Shown here: positions 27,360-40,200 of the stretch, in pieces
Layout: every line of letters starts with the position of its first letter
Numbering within the stretch: the stretch's first letter is position 1
Assembly: GCF_009914755.1 (NCBI RefSeq)
Contig: NC_060935.1
Length of the DNA: 64,000 nt
Direction: 5' to 3' (one strand)
Source: the human T2T-CHM13v2.0 reference genome, Homo sapiens
Notes under the pieces: generated by a model
Database searches by the model: none
What the model was told of the DNA's origin: nothing
What the model saw: only the letters and a program-made list of their open reading frames with translations
Made by a program: the position numbers and the translations under genes

Positions 27360-30300
27360 ACTGTAGTAAAGTAAATAACTTCATCTAAAAACCAAACGGA
27401 AGCATTCACAGACAATTCTTAGTGATCATTGGATTGAACTAACAGAGCTGAGCATTCCCTTAGATGGCGCAGTTTCCAAACACACTTTCTGTAGAATCTG
27501 CAAGTGGATATTTGGACCTCTCTGAGGATTTCGTTGGAAAAGGGATAAACTTCCCAGAACTACACGGAAGCATTCTGAGAAACTTCTTTGTGATGTTTGC
27601 ATTCAACTCACAGAGTTGAAAATTGCTTTCATAGTTCAGCTTTCAAACACTCTTTTTGTAGAATCTGCAAGTGGATATTTGGACCACTTTGTGGCCTTCC
27701 TTCGAAACGGGTATATCTTCACATCAAACCTAGACAGAAGCATTCTCAGAATGTTTCCTGTGATGACTGCATTCAACTCACAGAGGTGAACAATCCTGTT
27801 GATGGAGCAGTTTTGAAACTCTCTTTCTTTGGATTCTGCAAGTGGATATGTGGACCTCTGTGAAGATTTCGTTGTAAACGGTTTCATCTTCACAGAAAAA
27901 CTAAACAGAAGCATTCTCAGAAACTGCTTTGTGATGTTTGTGTTCCACTTCAAGAATTGAACTTTCCTCTTGACAGAGCAGCTCTGAAACCCTCTTTTTC
28001 TAGAATCTGCAAGTGGACATTTGGAGGGCTTTGAGGCCTGTGGTGGAAAAGGAAAATCTTCACATAAAAACTAGATGGAAGCATTCTCAGAAACTACTTT
28101 GTGATGATTGCATTCGACTCACAGAGTTGAACATTCCTATAGATAGAGCAGGTTGTAAACAATCTTTTTGTACAATCTGCGATTGGAGATTTGGACTGCT
28201 TTGAGGCCTACTGTAGTAAAGGAAATAACTTCATCTAAAAACCAAACGGAAGCATTCACAGACAATTCTTAGTGATCATTGGATTGAACTAACAGAGCTG
28301 AACATTCCTTTAGATGGAGCAGTTTCCAAACACACTTTCTGTAGAATCTGCAAGTGGATATTTGGACTTCTCTGAGGATTTCGTTGGAAATGGTATAAAC
28401 TTCCCAAAAATACACGGAAGCATTGTGAGAAACTTCTTTGTGATGTTTGCATTCAACTCACAGAGTTGAACCTTGCTTTCTTAGTTCAGCTTTCAAACAC
28501 TCTTTTTGTAGAATCTGCAAGTGGATATTTGGACCACTTTGTGGCCTTCCTTCGAAACGGGTATATCTTCACATCAAACCTAGACAGAAGCATTCTCAGG
28601 ATGTTTCCTGTGATGACTGCATTCAACTCACAGAGGTGAACAATCCTGCTGATGGAGCAGTTTTGAAACTCTCTTTCTTTGGATTCTGCAAGTGGATATG
28701 TGGACCTCTGTGAAGATTTCGTTGGAAACGGGTTCATCTTCACAGAAAAGCTAAACAGAAGCATTCTCAGAAACTGCTTTGTGATGTTTGTGTTCCACTT
28801 CAGGAATTGAACTTTCCTCTTGACAGAGCAGCTCTGAAACCCTCTTTTTCTGGAATCTGCAAGTGGACATTTGGAGGGCTTTGAGGCCTGTGGTGGAAAA
28901 GGAAAATCTTCACATAAAAACTAGATGGAAGCATTCTCAGAAACTACTTTGTGATGATTGCATTCGACCCACAGAGTTGAACATTCCTATAGATAGAGCA
29001 GGTTGTAAACAATCTTTTTGTAGAATCTGCGATTGGAGATTTGGACTGCTTTGAGGACTACTGTAGTAAAGTAAATAACTTCATCTAAAAACCAAACGGA
29101 AGCATTCACAGACAATTCTTAGTGATCATTGGATTGAACTAACAGAGCTGAACATTCCCTTAGATGGCGCAGTTTCCAAACACACTTTCTGTAGAATCTG
29201 CAAGTGGATATTTGGACCTCTGTGAGGATTTCGTTGGAAACGGGATAAACTTCCCAGAACTACACGGAAGCATTCTGAGAAACTTCTTTGTGATGTTTGC
29301 ATTCAACTCACAGAGTTGAACCTTGCTTTCATAGTTCAGCTTTCAAACACTCTTTTTGTAGAATCTGCAAGTGGATATTTGGACCACTTTGTGGCCTTCC
29401 TTCGAAACGGGTATATCTTCACATCAAACCTAGACAGAAGCATTCTCAGAATGTTTCCTGTGATGACTGCATTCAACTCACAGAGGGGAACAATCCTGTT
29501 GATGGAGCAGTTTTGAAACTCTCTTTCTTTGGATTCTGCAAGTGGATATATGGACCTCTGTGAAGATTTCGTTGGAAACGGTTTCATCTTCACAGAAAAA
29601 CTAAACAGAAGCATTCTCAGAAACTGCTTTGTGATGTTTGTGTTCCACTTCAAGAATTGAACTTTCCTCTTGACAGAGCAGCTCTGAAACCCTCTTTTTC
29701 CAGAATCTGCAAGTGGACATTTGGAGGGCTTTGAGGCCTGTGGTGGAAAAGGAAAATCTTCACATAAAAACTAGATGGAAGCATTCTCAGAAACTACTTT
29801 GTGATGATTGCATTCGACTCAGAGAGTTGAACATTCCTATAGATAGAGCAGGTTGTAAACAATCTTTTTGTAGAATCTGCGATTGGAGATTTGGACTGCT
29901 TTGAGGCCTACTGTAGTAAAGGAAATAACTTCATCTAAAAACCAAACGGAAGCATTCACAGACAATTCTTAGTGATCATTGCATTGAACTAACAGAGCTG
30001 AACATTCCTTTAGATGGAGCAGTTTCCAAACACACTTTCTGTAGAATCTGCAAGTGGATATTTGGACCTCTCTGAGGATTTCGTTGGAAACGGGATATAC
30101 TTCCCAGAACTACACGGAAGTATTCTGAGAAACTTCTTTGTGATGGTTGCATTCAACTCACAGAGTTGAACCTTGCTTTCATAGTTCAGCTTTCAAACAC
30201 TCTTTTTGTAGAATCTGCAAGTGGATATTTGGACCACTTTGTGGCCTTCCTTCGAAACGGGTATATCTTCACATCAAACCTTGACACAAGCATTCTCAGA

Positions 30301-31100
30301 ATGTTTCCTGTGATGACTGCATTCAACTCACAGAGGTGAACAATCCTGCTGATGCAGCAGTTTTGAAACTCTGTGTCTTTGAATTCTGCAAGTGGATATG
30401 TGGACCTCTGTGAAGATTTCGTTGGAAACGGGTTCATCTTCACAGAAAAACTAAACAGGAGCATTCTCAGAAACTGCTTTGTGATGTTTGTGTTCCACTT
30501 CAGGAATTGAACTTTCCTCTTGACAGAGCAGCTGTGAAACCCTCTTTTTCTACAATCTGCAAGTGAACATTTGGAGGGCTTTGAGGCCTGTGGTGGAAAA
30601 GGAAAATCTTCACATAAAAACTAGATGGAAGCATTCTCAGAAACTACTTTGTGATGATTGCATTCGACTCACAGAGTTGAACATTCCTATAGATAGAGCA
30701 GGTTGTAAACAATCTTTTTGTAGAATCTGCGATTGGAGATTTGGAATGCTTTGAGGCCTACTGTAGTAAAGGAAATAACTTCATCTAAAAACCAAACGGA
30801 AGCATTCACAGACAATTCTTAGTGATCATTGCATTGAACTAACAGAGCTGAACATTCCTTTAGATGGAGCAGTTTCCAAACACACTTTCTGTAGAATCTG
30901 CAAGTGGATATTTGGACCTCTCTGAGGATTTCATTGGAAACGGGATAAACTTCCCAGAACTACACGGAAGCATTCTGAGAAACTTCTTTGGATGTTTGCA
31001 TTCAACTCACAGAGTTGAACCTTGCTTTCATAGTTCAGCTTTCAAACACTCTTTTTGTAGAATCTGCAAGTGGATATTTGAACCACTTTGTGGCCTTCCT
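27360..31100 (+). repeat. Dispersed copy of the ~18010-21750 block (offset 9348 bp = 11 HORs)
   Basis: Shared rare variants: tgagcattcc 18101/27449, gttgtaaacggttt ~18523/27871, tgtacaat 18821/28169, ctgtgtctttgaattc ~21023/30371, gtgaacattt ~21215/30563, tgaaccac 21731/31079. Confidence 0.88.
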
Positions 31101-34100
31101 TCGAAACGGGTATATCTTCACATCAAACCTAGACAGAAGCATTCTCAGAATGTTTCCTGTGATGACTGCATTCAACTCACAGAGGTGAACAATCCTGCTG
31201 ATGGAGCAGTTTTGAAACTCTCTTTCTTTGGATTCTGCAAGTGGATATGTGGACCTCTGTGAAGATTTCGTTGGAAACGGGTTCATCTTCACAGAAAAAC
31301 TAAACAGGAGCATTCTCAGAAACTGCTTTGTGATGTTTGCGTTCCACTTCAAGAATTGAACTTTCCTCTTGACAGAGCAGCTCTGAAACCCTCTTTTTCT
31401 AGAATCTGCAAGTGGACATTTGGAGGGCTTTGAGGCCTGTGGTGGAAAAGGAACATCTTCACATAAAAACTAGATGGAAGCATTCTCAGAAACTACTCTG
31501 TGATGATTGCATTCGACTCACAGAGTTGAACATTCGTATAGATAGAGCAGGTTGTAAACAATCTTTTTGTAGAATCTGCGATTGGAGATTTGGACTGCTT
31601 TGGGGCCTACTGTAGTAAAGGAAATAACTTCATCTAAAAACCAAACGGAAGCATTCACAGACAATGCTTAGTGATCATTGGATTGAACTAACAGAGCTGA
31701 ACATTCCTTTAGATGGAGCAGTTTCCAAACACACTTTCTGTAGAATCTGCAAGTGGATATTTGGACCTCTCTGAGGATTTCGTTGGAAACGGGATATACT
31801 TCCCAGAACTACACGGAAGTATTCTGAGAAACTTCTTTGTGATGGTTGCATTCAACTCACAGAGTTGAACCTTGCCTTTCATAGTTCAGCTTTCAAACAC
31901 TCTTTTTGTAGAATCTGCAAGTGGATATTTGGACCACTTTGTGGCCTTCCTTCGAAACGGGTATATCTTCACATCAAACCTTGACAGAAGCATTCTCAGA
32001 ATGTTTCCTGTGATGACTGCATTCAACTCACAGAGGTGAACAATCCTGCTGATGGAGCAGTTTTGAAACTCTCTTTCTTTGGATTCTGCAAGTGGATATG
32101 TGGACCTCTGTGAAGATTTCGTTGGAAACGGGTTCATCTTCACAGAAAAGCTAAACAGAAGCATTCTCAGAAACTGCTTTGTGATGTTTGTGTTCCACTT
32201 CAGGAATTGAACTTTCCTCTTGACAGAGCAGCTCTGAAACCCTCTTTTTCTGGAATCTGCAAGTGGACATTTGGAGGGCTTTGAGGCCTGTGGTGGAAAA
32301 GGAAAATCTTCACATAAAAACTAGATGGAAGCATTCCTCAGAAACTACTTTGTGATGTTTGCATTCGATCCACAGAGTTGAACATTCCTATAGATAGAGC
32401 AGGTTGTAAACAATCTTTTTGTAGAATCTGCGATTGGAGATTTGGACTGCTTTGAGGCCTACTGTAGTAAAGTAAATAACTTCATCTAAAAACCAAACGG
32501 AAGCATTCACAGACAATTCTTAGTGATCATTGGATTGAACTAACAGAGCTGAACATTCCCTTAGATGGCGCAGTTTCCAAACACACTTTCTGTAGAATCT
32601 GCAAGTGGATATTTGGACCTCTCTGAGGATTTCGTTGGAAACGGGATAAACTTCCCAGAACTACACGGAAGCATTCTGAGAAACTTCTTTGTGATGTTTG
32701 CATTCAACTCACAGAGTTGAACCTTGCTTTCATAGTTCAGCTTTCAAACACTCTTTTTGTAGAATCTGCAAGTGGATATTTGGACCACTTTGTGGCCTTC
32801 CTTCGAAACGGGTATATCTTCACATCAAACCTAGACAGAAGCATTCTCAGAATGTTTCCTGTGATGACTGCATTCAACTCACAGAACGGAACAATCCTGT
32901 TGATGGAGCAGTTTTGAAACTCTCTTTCTTTGGATTCTGCAAGTGGATATATGGACCTCTGTGAAGATTTCGTTGGAAACGGTTTCATCTTCACAGAAAA
33001 ACTAAACAGAAGCATTCTCAGAAACTGCTTTGTGATGTTTGTGTTCCACTTCAAGAATTGAACTTTCCTCTTGATAGAGCAGCTCTGAAACCCTCTTTTT
33101 CCAGAATCTGCAAGTGGACATTTGGAGGGCTTTGAGGCCTGTGGTGGAAAAGGAAAATCTTCACATAAAAACTAGATGGAAGCATTCTCAGAAACTACTT
33201 TGTGATGATTGCATTCGACTCAGAGAGTTGAACATTCCTATAGATAGAGCAGGTTGTAAACACTCTTTTTGTAGAATCTGCGATTGGAGATTTGGACTGC
33301 TTTGAGGCCTACTGTAGTAAAGGAAATAACTTCATCTAAAAACCAAACGGAAGCATTCACAGACAATTCTTAGTGATCATTGCATTGAACTAACAGAGCT
33401 GAACATTCCTTTAGATGGAGCAGTTTCCAAACACACTTTCTGTAGAATCTGCAAGTGGATATTTGGACTTCTCTGAGGATTTCGTTGGAAATGGTATAAA
33501 CTTCCCAGAAATACACGGAAGCATTGTCAGAAACTTCTTTGTGATGTTTGCATTCAACTCACAGAGTTGAACCTTGCTTTCTTAGTTCAGCTTTCAAAAC
33601 ACTCTTTTTGTAGAATCTGCAAGTGGATATTTGGACCACTTTGTGGCCTTCCTTCGAAACGGGTATATCTTCACATCAAACCTAGACAGAAGCATTCTCA
33701 GGATGTTTCCTGTGATGACTGCATTCAACTCACAGAGGTGAACAATCCTGCTGATGGAGCAGTTTTGAAACTCTCTTTCTTTGGATTCTGCAACTGGATA
33801 TGTGGACCTCTGTGAAGATTTCGTTGGAAACGGGTTCATCTTCACAGAAAAACTAAACAGAAGCCTTCTCAGAAACTGCTTTGTGATGTTTTTGTTCCAC
33901 TTCAGGAATTGAACTTTCCTCTTGACAGAGCAGCTCTGAAGCCCTCTTATTCTAGAATCTGCAAGTGGACATTTGGAGAGCTTTGAGGCCTGGGGTTGAA
34001 AAGGATAATCTTCACATAAAAACTAGATGGAAGCATTCTCAGAAACTACTTTGTGATGATTGCATTCGACTCACAGAGTTGAACATTCCTATAGATAGAG

Positions 34101-34299
34101 CAGGTTGTAAGCAATCTTTTTGTAGAATCTGCGATTGGAGATTTGGAATGCTTTGAGGCCTACTGTAGTAAAGGAAATAACTTCATCTAAAAACCAAACG
34201 GAAGCATTCACAGACAATGCTTAGTGATCATTGGATTGAACTAACAGAGCTGAACATTCCTTTAGATGGAGCAGTTTCCAAACACACTTTCTGTAGAAT

Positions 34300-37200
34300 C
34301 TGCAAGTGGATATTTGGACCTCTCTGAGGATTTCGTTGGAAACGGGATATACTTCCCAGAACTACACGGAAGTATTCTGAGAAACTTCTTTGTGATGTTT
34401 GCATTCAACTCACAGAGTTGAACCTTGCTTTCATAGTTCAGCTTTCAAACACTCTTTTTGTAGAATCTGCAAGTGGATATTTGGACCACTTTGTGGCCTT
34501 CCTTCGAAACGGGTATATCTTCACATCAAACCTTGACAGAAGCATTCTCAGAATGTTTCCTGTGATGACTGCATTCAACTCACAGAGGTGAACAATCCTG
34601 CTGATGGAGCAGTTTTGAAACTCTCTTTCTTTGGATTCTGCAAGTGGATATGTGGACCTCTGTGAAGATTTCGTTGGAAACGGGTTCATCTTCACAGAAA
34701 AGCTAAACAGAAGCATTCTCAGAAACTGCTTTGTGATGTTTGTGTTCCACTTCAGGAATTGAACTTTCCTCTTGACAGAGCAGCTCTGAAACCCTCTTTT
34801 TCTGGAATCTGCAAGTGGACATTTGGAGGGCTTTGAGGCCTGTGGTGGAAAAGGAAAATCTTCACATAAAAACTAGATGGAAGCATTCTCAGAAACTACT
34901 TTGTGATGATTGCATTCGACCCACAGAGTTGAACATTCCTATAGATAGAGCAGGTTGTAAACAATCTTTTTGTAGAATCTGCGATTGGAGATTTGGACTG
35001 CTTTGAGGCCTACTGTAGTAAAGTAAATAACTTCATCTAAAAACCAAACGGAAGCATTCACAGACAATTCTTAGTGATCATTGGATTGAACTAACAGAGC
35101 TGAACATTCCCTTAGATGGCGCAGTTTCCAAACACACTTTCTGTAGAATCTGCAAGTGGATATTTGGACCTCTGTGAGGATTTCGTTGGAAACGGGATAA
35201 ACTTCCCAGAACTACACGGAAGCATTCTGAGAAACTTCTTTGTGATGTTTGCATTCAACTCACAGAGTTGAACCTTGCTTTCATAGTTCAGCTTTCAAAC
35301 ACTCTTTTTGTAGAATCTGCAAGTGGATATTTGGACCACTTTGTGGCCTTCCTTCGAAACGGGTATATCTTCACATCAAACCTAGACAGAAGCATTCTCA
35401 GAATGTTTCCTGTGATGACTGCATTCAACTCACAGAGGGGAACAATCCTGTTGATGGAGCAGTTTTGAAACTCTCTTTCTTTGGATTCTGCAAGTGGATA
35501 TATGGACCTCTGTGAAGATTTCGTTGGAAACGGTTTCATCTTCACAGAAAAACTAAACAGAAGCATTCTCAGAAACTGCTTTGTGATGTTTGTGTTCCAC
35601 TTCAAGAATTGAACTTTCCTCTTGATAGAGCAGCTCTGAAACCCTCTTTTTCCAGAATCTGCAAGTGGACATTTGGAGGGCTTTGAGGCCTGTGGTGGAA
35701 AAGGAAAATCTTCACATAAAAACTAGATGGAAGCATTCTCAGAAACTACTTTGTGATGATTGCATTCGACTCAGAGAGTTGAACATTCCTATAGATAGAG
35801 CAGGTTGTAAACAATCTTTTTGTAGAATCTGCGATTGGAGATTTGGACTGCTTTGAGGCCTACTGTAGTAAAGGAAATAACTTCATCTAAAAACCAAACG
35901 GAAGCATTCACAGACAATTCTTAGTGATCATTGCATTGAACTAACAGAGCTGAACATTCCTTTAGATGGAGCAGTTTCCAAACACACTTTCTGTAGAATC
36001 TGCAAGTGGATATTTGGACTTCTCTGAGGATTTCGTTGGAAATGGTATAAACTTCCCAGAAATACACGGAAGCATTGTCAGAAACTTCTTTGTGATGTTT
36101 GCATTCAACTCACAGAGTTGAACCTTGCTTTCTTAGTTCAGCTTTCAAACACTCTTTTTGTAGAATCTGCAAGTGGATATTTGGACCACTTTGTGGCCTT
36201 CCTTCGAAACGGGTATATCTTCACATCAAACCTAGACAGAAGCATTCTCAGGATGTTTCCTGTGATGACTGCATTCAACTCACAGAGGTGAACAATCCTG
36301 CTGATGGAGCAGTTTTGAAACTCTCTTTCTTTGGATTCTGCAAGTGGATATGTGGACCTCTGTGAAGATTTCGTTGGAAACGGGTTCATCTTCACAGAAA
36401 AACTAAACAGAAGCATTCTCAGAAACTGCTTTGTGATGATTTTGTTCCACTTCAGGAATTGAACTTTCCTCTTGACAGAGCAGCTCTGAAGCCCTCTAAT
36501 TCTAGAATCTGCAAGTGGACATTTGGAGGGCTTTGAGGCCCGGGGTTGAAAAGGATAATCTTCACATAAAAACTAGATGGAAGCATTCTCAGAAACTACT
36601 TTGTGATGATTGCATTCGACTCACAGAGTTGAACATTCCTATAGATAGAGCAGGTTGTAAACAATCTTTTTGTAGAATCTGCGATTGGAGATTTGGACTG
36701 CTTTGAGGCCTACTGTAGTAAAAGAAATAACTTCATCTAAAAACCAAACGGAAGCATTCACAGACAATTCTTAGTGATCATTGGATTGAACTAACAGAGC
36801 TGAACATTCCTTTAGATGGAGCTGTTTCCAAACACACTTTCTGTAGAATCTGCAAGTGGATATTTGGACCTCTCTGAGGATTTCGTTGGAAACGGGATAT
36901 ACTTCCCAGAACTACACGGAAGTATTCTGAGAAACTTCTTTGTGATGGTTGCATTCAACTCACAGAGTTGAACCTTGCTTTCATAGTTCAGCTTTCAAAC
37001 ACTCTTTTTGTAGAATCTGCAAGTGGATATTTGGACCACTTTGTGGCCTTCCTTGGAAACGGGTATATCTTCACATCAAACCTTGACAGAAGCATTCTCA
37101 GAATGTTTCCTGTGATGACTGCATTCAACTCACAGAGGTGAACAATCCTGCTGATGGAGCAGTTTTGAAACTCTCTTTCTTTGGATTCTGCAAGTGGATA

Positions 37201-40200
37201 TGTGGACCTCTGTGAAGATTTCGTTGGAAACGGGTTCATCTTCACAGAAAAACTAAACAGGAGCATTCTCAGAAACTGCTTTGTGATGTTTGTGTTCCAC
37301 TTCAAGAATTGAACTTTCCTCTTGACAGAGCAGCTCTGAAACCCTCTTTTTCTAGAATCTGCAAGTGGACATTTGGAGGGCTTTGAGGCCTGTGGTGGAA
37401 AAGGAAAATCTTCACATAAAAACTAGATGGAAGCATTCTCAGAAACTACTTTGTGATGATTGCATTCGACTCACAGAGTTGAACATTCCTATAGATAGAG
37501 CAGGTTGTAAACAATCTTTTTGTAGAATCTGCGATTGGAGATTTGGACTGCTTTGAGGCCTACTGTAGTAAAGGAAATAACTTCATCTAAAAACCAAACG
37601 GAAGCATTCACAGACAATTCTTAGTGATCATTGCACTGAACTAACAGAGCTGGACATTCCTTTAGATGGAGCAGTTTCCAAACACACTTTCTGTAGAATC
37701 TGCAAGTGGATATTTGGACCTCTCTGAGGATTTCGTTGGAAACGGGATATACTTCCCAGAACTACACGGAAGTATTCTGAGAAACTTCTTTGTGATGTTT
37801 GCATTCAACTCACAGAGTTGAACCTTGCTTTCATAGTTCAGCTTTCAAACACTCTTTTTGTAGAATCTGCAAGTGGATATTTGGACCACTTTGTGGCCTT
37901 CCTTCGAAACGGGTATATCTTCACATCAAACCTTGACAGAAGCATTCTCAGAATGTTTCCTGTGATGACTGCATTCAACTCACAGAGGTGAACAATCCTG
38001 CTGATGGAGCAGTTTTGAAACTCTCTTTCTTTGGATTCTGCAAGTGGATATGTGGACCTCTGTGAAGATTTCGTTGGAAACGGGTTCATCTTCACAGAAA
38101 AGCTAAACAGAAGCATTCTCAGAAACTGCTTTGTGATGTTTGTGTTCCACTTCAGGAATTGAACTTTCCTCTTGACAGAGCAGCTCTGAAACCCTCTTTT
38201 TCTGGAATCTGCAAGTGGACATTTGGAGGGCTTTGAGGCCTGTGGTGGAAAAGGAAAATCTTCACATAAAAACTAGATGGAAGCATTCTCAGAAACTACT
38301 TTGTGATGATTGCATTCGACCCACAGAGTTGAACATTCCTATAGATAGAGCAGGTTGTAAACAATCTTTTTGTAGAATCTGCGATTGGAGATTTGGACTG
38401 CTTTGAGGCCTACTGTAGTAAAGTAAATAACTTCATCTAAAAACCAAACGGAAGCATTCACAGACAATTCTTAGTGATCATTGGATTGAACTAACAGAGC
38501 TGAACATTCCCTTAGATGGCGCAGTTTCCAAACACACTTTCTGTAGAATCTGCAAGTGGATATTTGGACCTCTGTGAGGATTTAGTTGGAAACGGGATAA
38601 ACTTCCCAGAACTACACGGAAGCATTCTGAGAAACTTCTTTGTGATGTTTGCATTCAACTCACAGAGTTGAACCTTGCTTTCATAGTTCAGCTTTCAAAC
38701 ACTCTTTTTGTAGAATCTGCAAGTGGATATTTGGACCACTTTGTGGCCTTCCTTCGAAACGGGTATATCTTCACATCAAACCTAGACAGAAGCATTCTCA
38801 GAATGTTTCCTGTGATGACTGCATTCAACTCACAGAGGGGAACAATCCTGTTGATGGAGCAGTTTTGAAACTCTCTTTCTTTGGATTCTGCAAGTGGATA
38901 TATGGACCTCTGTGAAGATTTCGTTGGAAACGGTTTCATCTTCACAGAAAAACTAAACAGAAGCATTCTCAGAAACTGCTTTGTGATGTTTGTGTTCCAC
39001 TTCAAGAATTGAACTTTCCTCTTGATAGAGCAGCTCTGAAACCCTCTTTTTCCAGAATCTGCAAGTGGACATTTGGAGGGCTTTGAGGCCTGTGGTGGAA
39101 AAGGAAAATCTTCACATAAAAACTAGATGGAAGCATTCTCAGAAACTACTTTGTGATGATTGCATTCGACCCACAGAGTTGAACATTCCTATAGATAGAG
39201 CAGGTTGTAAACAATCTTTTTGTAGAATCTGCGATTGGAGATTTGGACTGCTTTGAGGCCTACTGTAGTAAAGGAAATAACTTCATCTAAAAACCAAACG
39301 GAAGCATTCACAGACAATTCTTAGTGATCATTGCATTGAACTAACAGAGCTGAACATTCCTTTAGATGGAGCAGTTTCCAAACACACTTTCTGTAGAATC
39401 TGCAAGTGGATATTTGGACTTCTCTGAGGATTTCGTTGGAAATGGTATAAACTTCCCAGAAATACACGGAAGCATTGTCAGAAACTTCTTTGTGATGTTT
39501 GCATTCAACTCACAGAGTTGAACCTTGCTTTCTTAGTTCAGCTTTCAAACACTCTTTTTGTAGAATCTGCAAGTGGATATTTGGACCACTTTGTGGCCTT
39601 CCTTCGAAACGGGTATATCTTCACATCAAACCTAGACAGAAGCATTCTCAGGATGTTTCCTGTGATGACTGCATTCAACTCACAGAGGTGAACAATCCTG
39701 CTGATGGAGCAGTTTTGAAACTCTCTTTCTTTGGATTCTGCAAGTGGATATGTGGACCTCTGTGAAGATTTCGTTGGAAACGGGTTCATCTTCACAGAAA
39801 AACTAAACAGAAGCATTCTCAGAAACTGCTTTGTGATGTTTTTGTTCCACTTCAGGAATTGAACTTTCCTCTTGACAGAGCAGCTCTGAAGCCCTCTAAT
39901 TCTAGAATCTGCAAGTGGACATTTGGAGGGCTTTGAGGCCCGGGGTTGAAAAGGATAATCTTCACATAAAAACTAGATGGAAGCATTCTCAGAAACTACT
40001 TTGTGATGATTGCATTCGACTCACAGAGTTGAACATTCCTATAGATAGAGCAGGTTGTAAACAATCTTTTTGTAGAATCTGCGATTGGAGATTTGGACTG
40101 CTTTGAGGCCTACTGTAGTAAAAGAAATAACTTCATCTAAAAACCAAACGGAAGCATTCACAGACAATTCTTAGTGATCATTGGATTGAACTAACAGAGC

